Under the pieces are notes generated by a model. That model was not told the DNA's origin, did not search any database, and worked only from the letters and a program-made list of their open reading frames with translations. This document shows, piece by piece, positions 1 through 5,317 of a stretch of DNA of 5,317 nt. This stretch comes from a virus (lineage: Duplodnaviria; Heunggongvirae; Uroviricota; Caudoviricetes). Position 1 is the first letter of the stretch, and every line of letters starts with the position of its first letter. A program made the translations under genes and the position numbers. The stretch lies in the IMG/VR virus record IMGVR_UViG_2734482586_000010; one strand, 5' to 3'.

Positions 1-1500
1 ATACGCTATACCGTTAAAAATAATGGGCGGAATAATAATCTGGCGGTCAAAGTTATGATCATCGCTTATGGTGACTGTAACCGTCCCGTTTGGTGTTTCC
101 GTGTTACCCCACGTACCAGCCTGTTTCGGAAATGATTTGGATACAGCTTTAACGAAGTCACCTCTGACCTGAGTCGCCTCCAGCATGCCCTTAATCGTAC
201 AGTTTTCATTTACCGTGACATTGTTGAGCGTCCCGGCGTTCGCATTCACACTGCCACTGATATCCGCATTTTTAGCGGTCAGCTTTCCGTCCGGAGTCAG
301 GGAAAATGCCGATGGATTTCCACCGCTGGTAATGGTGGGGGCCGTCAGGCGTTTCAGGAACACGTCGTTCATGAATATCTGATCGCCCTGACCAACAAAC
401 ATCGGTTTTGTGTTGCCATTCGCAGGATTAACCATCGCAATCCTGTCCGCCGCCAGCAGCACCTGACTCTGCATGCCGTCAGGGGTGTTCTCAATACCGG
501 CACCAATACCCGCGATATAAAGGCGTCCGTCCTGCATCTGCTGCAGCTTCACAGCCCACATGCTGTTCAGGTTATTATTTGTATCAACCTGAACCTTCTG
601 TATCTGCTGAATTGCCGCACTCTGGTCTTCCAGTTTCTTATTGACGGTCTGCGTGATTTCATTGCTGACATCCGTAATGGACGTCCTGATTTCAGCCAGG
701 TCAGGCGCAAGCTGACCGTTATCAATCTGCGTCCACAGCTCCTGAGCCAGATGGGTTTTCCCTATCTCGCCTTTGAAAAAATCCAGATAACCGGATGCAT
801 CATCACTCGGCTGACCAACAGCCTCCACGAATGCCGATTTGCCAACGGTGTTCACACTGCGGATATAAAAGTAATAATCATGGCCCGGTTTGATATTGAT
901 ACTGGCGGCTATCCAGTACAGCGCCGTGCCAAGATAGCGTGCTGTGGTTTCAACCTGCCTGATATCCGCAATCCGCTTTTCCGAGAACCAGAACTCAAAC
1001 TGTACCGTCGGATCATAAACCGCAAGATGCGGCGTGGCGGTTATCTGAAAATAGCCCGGCGTCAGCTCAATCCGCGACAGCGCTGCCGGTGCGGCAATCC
1101 GGAACGATACCGACGCCGGATCGCCCTGCTGCCCCCACGCATTTACTGCCCGGACTGTCAGCCTGTAGTTCCCCAGCGCCAGTTGTGTGAAGCGGTAAGT
1201 GGTTTCCGTCGTCCGGGCCGTGCTGACCAGCCGCTCACTGCCGTCATCCGCTGTTACGGTCAGACGGAGCAGGAAGCTCACGCCCTTCACCACCTTCGGC
1301 GTGTCCCAGCGCGCCAGCACCTGATATTCCCCGCTGTCTGCGGTGACTTCGGCAGTCAGGTGCTGCACCGCTGGCGGCGTGACACCATTCACCGTGCCGC
1401 TCTGGTCGCCGTCAAAGTGCGCCCCGTTATCCACGATGGCTTCTTTTTCCGGCACATGCTGCACGGCGGTGATGGCATACGTGCCGTCGTCGTTCTCACG
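1..1500 (-). CDS. J: J C-terminal-proximal segment, 3' partial; the frame continues beyond window position 1
   Basis: Hand translation of the minus strand in the frame with codon first bases at 1500, 1497 ... 3 gives [20 protein letters not shown] at 1500..1441, [40 protein letters not shown] at 180..61 and [12 protein letters not shown] at 60..25. These match lambda gpJ from memory. The track lists no stop-terminated minus-strand ORF in 1..1388, consistent with one open frame running off the window edge. The frame differs from the segment upstream of the gap. Confidence 0.85.
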
Positions 1501-1501
1501 G

Positions 1502-1737
1502 NNNNNNNNNNNNNNNNNNNNNNNNNNNNNNNNNNNNNNNNNNNNNNNNNNNNNNNNNNNNNNNNNNNNNNNNNNNNNNNNNNNNNNNNNNNNNNNNNNN
1601 NNNNNNNNNNNNNNNNNNNNNNNNNNNNNNNNNNNNNNNNNNNNNNNNNNNNNNNNNNNNNNNNNNNNNNNNNNNNNNNNNNNNNNNNNNNNNNNNNNNN
1701 NNNNNNNNNNNNNNNNNNNNNNNNNNNNNNNNNNNNN
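1502..1737. other. Assembly gap: run of 236 N inside the J coding sequence
   Basis: Uninterrupted n characters from 1502 to 1737. The J frame on the two flanks differs, so the gap length is arbitrary. Comparison with lambda gpJ from memory suggests roughly 95 codons are missing. Confidence 0.99.
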
Positions 1738-2872
1738 CAGATTTCAATGACATCGCCCGGCACATGGCGAAGCCCTTCTGCGCCCACGCTGAAGTCCACG
1801 GTCTGCGTCTCCAGCAGTTCCGTTTTAATCAGCCACAGCCCGGCGCGGTGTGCCTGCCCCCGGCTGGTACAGCCAAAGGCATCCATCTTCGTGACGTTAC
1901 GACCGTAACGGACAATGGCCTGCGTATCCTCCACAAGCTCTGTCGCCGTCTCCCAGCCGTTATCCGGGTCAATCCAGTTCACCTCAACGGCATTATGGCG
2001 GTCTTTCAGGGCGCTGAAACTGTAGCGGAACGGCGCGCCATCATCCGGCATCACCACATTACTGCGGTTATAGGCCCACACCTTATCCGACTGTCGGTCC
2101 TGCACGAACGTCAGCGTCTGCCCGTTCCATACCGGCATACAGCGCATCGCCGAGCAGAAATCACTGAGCACATCCCACGCCTTGCGCTGTGTGGTCAGCC
2201 AGGCATTACAGGTGATGCGCGGCTCCGTGCTGCCAAAGCCGTCCGGCACCGACTGGTCACAGTACTGGCCGATGACATACAGCGCCCATTTATCCACATC
2301 TGCCGCACCAAGACGTTTCCCCATGCCATAGCGCGGATGGGTCAGCATATCCCACAGACACCAGGCCATGTTGTTGCTGTATGCCGGTTTTAACGTTCCG
2401 TCCCAGATACCGCTGTATTGCCGCGTCTGCGGATTATAGTTCGACGGCACCTGCAGAATGCGCCCGCGAAGATGATAATTACGGCTCACCTGCTGGCTGC
2501 CGAACTGTTCCGAGTCCACCTGCACACCGAAGGTAAAGCGCAGACGGTCGATGTTTGCCGACGTGATGGTGCGGGTGATCGGCGTGTCATATTTCACTTC
2601 CGTACCCAGCACCGTCTCGGAGCCGGAGGATTCAAACCCCTCCGGCGGTGTCTGCTCCTGCTCACCTGCCCGGAACACCACCGTGACACCGGAGATATTG
2701 GTATTCCCCTCACTGTCCAGCACCGGCGTACTGTTCAGCAGCACGCTTTTTAACCCATCCACCGGACCTTCAATCGGCCCTTCGCTGATGACATCGATCA
2801 CACTCAGCAACTGCGTGGATTTCAGGTTGTCCTTCGCTTCACGCGGGGTATGCCCCTTACTGCTGCCTTTAC
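1738..2872 (-). CDS. J: J internal segment in a +1 frame relative to the N-terminal segment: a second, diverged copy of J codons ~2-119 fused directly to mid-J sequence (VDSEQFGSQQVSRNYHLRGRILQVPSNYNPQTRQYSGIWDG...GLRHVPGDVIEI), running into the N gap
   Basis: Minus-strand translation reads (G)KGSSKGHTPREAKDNLKSTQLLSVIDVISEGPIEGPVDG...RLRFTFGVQ, then VDSEQFGSQQVSRNYHLRGR... with no stop until the N run. The ORF track shows this as 1389..2810 from an internal TTG. The mid-J portion matches lambda gpJ from memory. Confidence 0.8.
2521..2872. repeat. Direct repeat copy B (~352 bp), duplicate of the J 5' coding region; about 96% identical to copy A
   Basis: By-eye alignment of 2522..2872 with 2991..3341 at a constant offset of 469 bp shows about 15 substitutions and no indels. 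Similarity ends at 2873 (n) on one side and at the GGTGT(G/A)CAG motif near 2521 on the other. Confidence 0.9.
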
Positions 2873-3345
2873 NTACCCTTAATGGTGATGTCTTTTTCCG
2901 TCACCCAGCCACCGTTACGCTGTATCTGAACCAGCAGGCGAACTTCAGACGGATTCCTGTCTCCCTTTGAGGTGGTTTCCACCAGTGCCTGTACACCGAA
3001 GGTAAAACGCAGTCGGTCAATGTTTGCCGACGTGATGGTCCGGGTGATCGGCGTGTCATATTTCACTTCCGTACCCAGCACCGTCTCGGAGCCGGAGGAT
3101 TCAAATCCCTCCGGCGGTGACTGCTCCTGCTCACCTGCCCGGAACACCACCGTGACGCCGGAGATGTTGGTATTCCCCTCACTGTCCAGCACCGGCGTAC
3201 TGTTCAGCAGCACGCTTTTTAATCCATCCACCGGACCTTCAACCGGCCCTTCGCTGATGGCATCGATCACACTCAGCAGCTGCGTGGACTTCAGGTTGTC
3301 CTTCGCTTCGCGCGGGGTATGCCCCTTACTGCTGCCTTTACCCAT
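2869..3345 (-). CDS. J: Tail tip / host specificity protein J, N-terminal segment (codons 1-158), ending at an ambiguous base and an immediate stop
   Basis: ATG at 3345-3343 is preceded by GGAG with 8-nt spacing. Translation MGKGSSKGHTPREAKDNLKSTQLLSVIDAISEGP...RLRFTFGVQALVETTSKGDRNPSEVRLLVQIQRNGGWVTEKDITIKG matches the lambda gpJ N-terminus from memory. The frame then hits the codon containing n (2873) and a TAA. The 60-nt gap from the I stop is as in lambda. Confidence 0.88.
   Translation of the reverse strand: MGKGSSKGHTPREAKDNLKSTQLLSVIDAISEGPVEGPVDGLKSVLLNSTPVLDSEGNTNISGVTVVFRAGEQEQSPPEGFESSGSETVLGTEVKYDTPITRTITSANIDRLRFTFGVQALVETTSKGDRNPSEVRLLVQIQRNGGWVTEKDITIKGX
2990..3341. repeat. 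Direct repeat copy A (~352 bp), the in-context J 5' coding region (codons ~2-119)
   Basis: Same alignment as copy B. Copy A is contiguous with the J start codon and ribosome-binding site and continues in frame into J codons 120-158 (2873..2989). Confidence 0.9.
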
Positions 3346-3353
3346 TCGTCATG

Positions 3354-3357
3354 CTCC
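3354..3357 (-). promoter_or_regulatory. Shine-Dalgarno sequence (GGAG) for J
   Basis: Minus-strand sequence ...tttatGGAGcatgacgaATG places GGAG 8 nt upstream of the J ATG at 3345. Confidence 0.55.
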
Positions 3358-3405
3358 ATAAACGATAAAACCGCCCGGAGGCGATTTCACATAAAACATT
3401 TTGCA

Positions 3406-4077
3406 TCAGCGACCAATCACCACAACCTGACCACCGTCCCCTTCGTCTGCCGTGCTGATCTCCTGAGATACCACACGTGACCCCACGCGCATTTCACCAT
3501 ACAGAACAGGCATAACATTGCCCTGGGCAACCATGTTATCCAGTGAGGAGAAATAGGTGTTCTGCTTACCGTTATCCGTTGTCTGTGTGCGGGGAGTTCT
3601 GGCTTTCGGTGCCAGCATCTGAGCCACACCGCCGAGCACCATACTGGCACCGAGAGAAAACAGAATGCCGGTCATACCACCGGCACCAATGGCAGCCCCC
3701 CATGCTGCAAGGGTGGCTCCGGCGGTAAAGAATGATCCGGCAATGGCGGCTGCTCCCAGGACAATCTGGAATACACCACCTGACTTGGCCCCGGCGACTC
3801 TGGGAACAATATGAATCACAGCGCCGTCAGGCAGAGCCTCATGTAACTGTGCCGTTAATCCGGACGTGCTAACATCCTGCCCGGCAATACGCACCTGATA
3901 CCAGCCGTCGCTCAGCTTCTGACGAAACGCAGGGAGCTGTGTGGCCATCGCCCGGATGGCTTCGGCACCCGTTTTCACACGAAGGTCGATGCGGCGGCCA
4001 AATCGTTGCAAATCCCCGTAAAGGCAGATGCGTGCCATGCCCGGTGACGCCAGAGGGAGTGTGTGCGTCGCTGCCAT
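3406..4077 (-). CDS. I: Tail tip assembly protein I (lambda gpI-like); N-terminal domain ending in Gly-Gly, followed by a glycine/alanine-rich hydrophobic segment
   Basis: 223-codon ORF MAATHTLPLASPGMARICLYGDLQRFGRRIDLRVKTGAEAIRA... ending VVVIGR with TGA at 3406-3408. Near-identical to lambda gpI from memory and the same length. Start overlaps the 3' end of K by 103 nt in a different frame, as in lambda. Gly-Gly at residues 100-101 (3775..3780) precedes GGVFQIVLGAAAIAGSFFTAGATLAAWGAAIGAGGMTGILFSLGASMVLGG. Confidence 0.92.
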   Translation of the reverse strand: MAATHTLPLASPGMARICLYGDLQRFGRRIDLRVKTGAEAIRAMATQLPAFRQKLSDGWYQVRIAGQDVSTSGLTAQLHEALPDGAVIHIVPRVAGAKSGGVFQIVLGAAAIAGSFFTAGATLAAWGAAIGAGGMTGILFSLGASMVLGGVAQMLAPKARTPRTQTTDNGKQNTYFSSLDNMVAQGNVMPVLYGEMRVGSRVVSQEISTADEGDGGQVVVIGR

Positions 4078-4718
4078 TTGTCGGTGTACCTCTCTCGTTT
4101 GCTCAGTTGTTCAGGAATATGGTGCAGCAGCTCGCCGTCACCACAGTAAATGGCGGCATGATTCGGCACCGATGAACCAAAGCAGCACAGCAGCACATCG
4201 CCCGGCTGCGCCGCTGACAACGGCACCTGATACAGCCCTGTGGCCTCCAGATTATCCAGATAGAGATTCTGACCGTGACGCCACCAGTCATCCTCACGAT
4301 GAAAATCCGGCATCTCAATCCCCGCCAGATGGTAAGCATCCCGGAACAGCGTGTAACAGTCCGTCACCCCGTGCTCAAAGCGCCGCCCGGTAAGATGTGG
4401 CACACAGCGGAACTTGTGAATCGCCCCCCGGCAGACCAGCCACCACGGCAAATCACTCTGCACCTGCAGCCGCCGGTCGGCCTCACTCAGCCAGGGCAGA
4501 CCACCGGGGTGGCTGTGGACCAGTGCCACAATCTCACCCTGCATCTCTGCCTGCAGCCAGTCTTCCGGCGACATACGGAAATACGCCTCCGGCTCACCGG
4601 AGATATTCACGCAGGGGAAATATCTTTCCCCCTCCGGCGTTCTTACCACGAAGCCGCACGACTCCGCTGGAGCACATCGCCGGGCGTGCGCCAGAATCGC
4701 TGATTCTGTCTCTGTCAT
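3975..4718 (-). CDS. K: Tail tip assembly protein K (lambda gpK-like); N-terminal JAMM/MPN metallopeptidase domain plus C-terminal NlpC/P60 cysteine peptidase domain
   Basis: 247-codon ORF MTETESAILAHARRCAPAESCGFVV... Complete JAMM motif is present: E19 in the E-x-C-G context, then H68-S-H70-x7-S78-x2-D81 (HSHPGGLPWLSEAD). NlpC/P60 triad candidates are C121 (TDCYTLF), H187 (NHAAIY) and H199. ATG at 4718 is 5 nt after the L stop. The classical lambda annotation starts 48 codons later (Met49, codon 4574..4572), but the E-x-C-G element lies upstream of that, so the longer ORF is favoured. Confidence 0.9.
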   Translation of the reverse strand: MTETESAILAHARRCAPAESCGFVVRTPEGERYFPCVNISGEPEAYFRMSPEDWLQAEMQGEIVALVHSHPGGLPWLSEADRRLQVQSDLPWWLVCRGAIHKFRCVPHLTGRRFEHGVTDCYTLFRDAYHLAGIEMPDFHREDDWWRHGQNLYLDNLEATGLYQVPLSAAQPGDVLLCCFGSSVPNHAAIYCGDGELLHHIPEQLSKRERYTDKWQRRTHSLWRHRAWHASAFTGICNDLAAASTFV

Positions 4719-4723
4719 GGGAT

Positions 4724-5317
4724 TTACTGCGAAAGTTTGTTAATGGAAAGGAAGCCGCCAAAGTTGCCGACGTTATTGCGAAACTTACAGCCACTCAGGC
4801 ATTTGCTGCATTTATCCTTCGTGATGTCGGACGTTGGCTGGTCATATTCATCCGCGACCGCCGGACCGTGATAACCGCACTCATCGCCGCGATAGGTCCA
4901 GGTGCAGGTGTTGGCCAGCATGATACGTCCCGGAAAAACAGCGCCATCTGTTTCCGTCGGCGTGGACAGTACAAAAGAGGCACTCACCGCGCTCAGTTCG
5001 CTGCACTGCTCAATGCGCCAGCGGCTGATCACCTCCTGCTCCGGATCGGCGTCACTGTTTCCGTTGACGAAGTTCACCGCATCCAGAAAACGGGCGTAAA
5101 CCTTACGCCGGACCACCGTTCCGCCGACCAGACTCTGTAGATCTTCCGCCATCCCGGTGACCATACCGTACAGGTTAGAAACCATCAGCGTGGGGCGCGT
5201 ACTGGTGCCTTTGCCATTCAGTTCAAAACCACTCCCCTGAATGGGATACGGCTGATACTGTCGCCCCTGCCAGGTGACCGGCTCACCTTTTTCGTTCTGC
5301 TCATTACAGAAAAAATA
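4724..5317 (-). CDS. L: Minor tail protein L (lambda gpL-like); 5' partial, about 35 N-terminal codons lie beyond the window end
   Basis: Minus-strand frame is open from 5317 (reads YFFCNEQNEKGEPVTWQGRQYQPYPIQ...) through MVSNLYGMVTGMAEDLQSLVGGTVVRRKVYARFLDAVNF...CSKCLSGCKFRNNVGNFGGFLSINKLSQ to TAA at 4724-4726. This matches lambda gpL (232 aa) from memory. The stop lies 5 nt upstream of the K start, as in lambda. Confidence 0.9.
   Translation of the reverse strand, partial: YFFCNEQNEKGEPVTWQGRQYQPYPIQGSGFELNGKGTSTRPTLMVSNLYGMVTGMAEDLQSLVGGTVVRRKVYARFLDAVNFVNGNSDADPEQEVISRWRIEQCSELSAVSASFVLSTPTETDGAVFPGRIMLANTCTWTYRGDECGYHGPAVADEYDQPTSDITKDKCSKCLSGCKFRNNVGNFGGFLSINKLSQ

Larger units (their letters stand above)
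1..3345 (-). pseudogene. J: Whole J locus as represented in this assembly: not translatable as one ORF because of the n and stop at 2873, the frame-shifted duplicate block and the N gap. Whether J is a genuine pseudogene or an assembly artefact is unresolved
   Basis: Combination of the three J segments above, the ambiguous base at 2873 and the 236-N gap at 1502..1737 whose length is not a multiple of 3. Confidence 0.5.

Noticed and set aside
185-382. Small plus-strand ORF of 65 codons near the window start
   Set aside because: Embedded antisense within the confirmed J C-terminal frame, with no ribosome-binding site or supporting features.
751-1908. Plus-strand ORF of 385 codons from the track
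   Set aside because: It lies entirely antisense to J and runs through the N gap. Its translation is Arg/Cys/Pro-rich low-complexity sequence typical of antisense reading of a GC-rich gene.
1764-2393. Plus-strand ORF of 209 codons from the track
   Set aside because: Antisense to the central J segment. No recognisable motifs, and it is explained by the absence of stops opposite a conserved gene.
2521-3341. Possible diversity-generating retroelement (template/variable repeat pair) in a tail-fibre-type gene
   Set aside because: The roughly 15 differences between the copies are a mix of substitution types (C/T, G/A, G/C, A/T) in both directions, not confined to adenines of one copy. The repeat is at the 5' end of J, not the 3' receptor-binding end. 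No reverse transcriptase is present in the window.
2521-3341. CRISPR-like or other non-coding repeat array
   Set aside because: There are only two copies, each about 350 bp, with period 469 bp. Both are protein-coding with mostly synonymous differences. This is nothing like short repeats separated by unique spacers.
2551-3361. Two similar plus-strand ORFs (2551..2970 and 2972..3361) encoding near-identical peptides
   Set aside because: Their similarity only reflects the duplicated J 5' region read in antisense. They are not independent paralogous genes.
3371-3395. Short GC stem (cgcc / ggcg) followed by a T-rich tract in the I-J intergenic region, possible intrinsic terminator
   Set aside because: The stem is only about 4 bp and the T tract is interrupted. 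J immediately downstream has its own ribosome-binding site and is expected to be co-transcribed with I in the late operon, so a functional terminator here is unlikely.
3975-4077. Programmed ribosomal frameshift producing a K-I fusion
   Set aside because: I has its own ATG and a purine-rich upstream element. I did not identify a convincing slippery heptamer in the overlap. The known lambda frameshift is in G/T, which is outside this window.
4397-5140. Plus-strand ORF of 247 codons spanning the K-L boundary
   Set aside because: Antisense to K and L, both of which have strong homology support on the minus strand. The translation is Pro/Ala/Arg-rich with no domain-like features.

Overview
This window is a well-known lambdoid phage (lambda-like) tail-tip assembly module, not a novel system. 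All genes are on the minus strand in the canonical order L (5' partial, 4724..5317), K (3975..4718), I (3406..4077) and J (3345 down past position 1, 3' partial). L, K and I are intact and near-identical to my recollection of phage lambda gpL, gpK and gpI. J is structurally abnormal in this assembly: its first 158 codons (3345..2872) are followed by an ambiguous base (n at 2873) and a frame-shifted, ~96%-identical second copy of the J 5' region (2521..2872 versus 2990..3341, period 469 bp). That second copy joins directly to mid-J sequence, and a 236-N gap (1502..1737) that is not a multiple of 3 sits further downstream. The J reading frame resumes cleanly from 1500 to 1 and continues beyond the window. 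The most likely explanation is a draft-assembly artefact, such as a chimeric join between two diverged prophage J alleles, although a real rearrangement cannot be excluded from sequence alone. K carries a complete JAMM/MPN motif and a complete NlpC/P60 catalytic triad, and I has a Gly-Gly at residues 100-101 followed by a glycine-rich hydrophobic segment, matching the previously described ubiquitin-like/JAB pairing in lambda tail assembly. The plus-strand ORFs in the track are antisense to these genes and are judged spurious.
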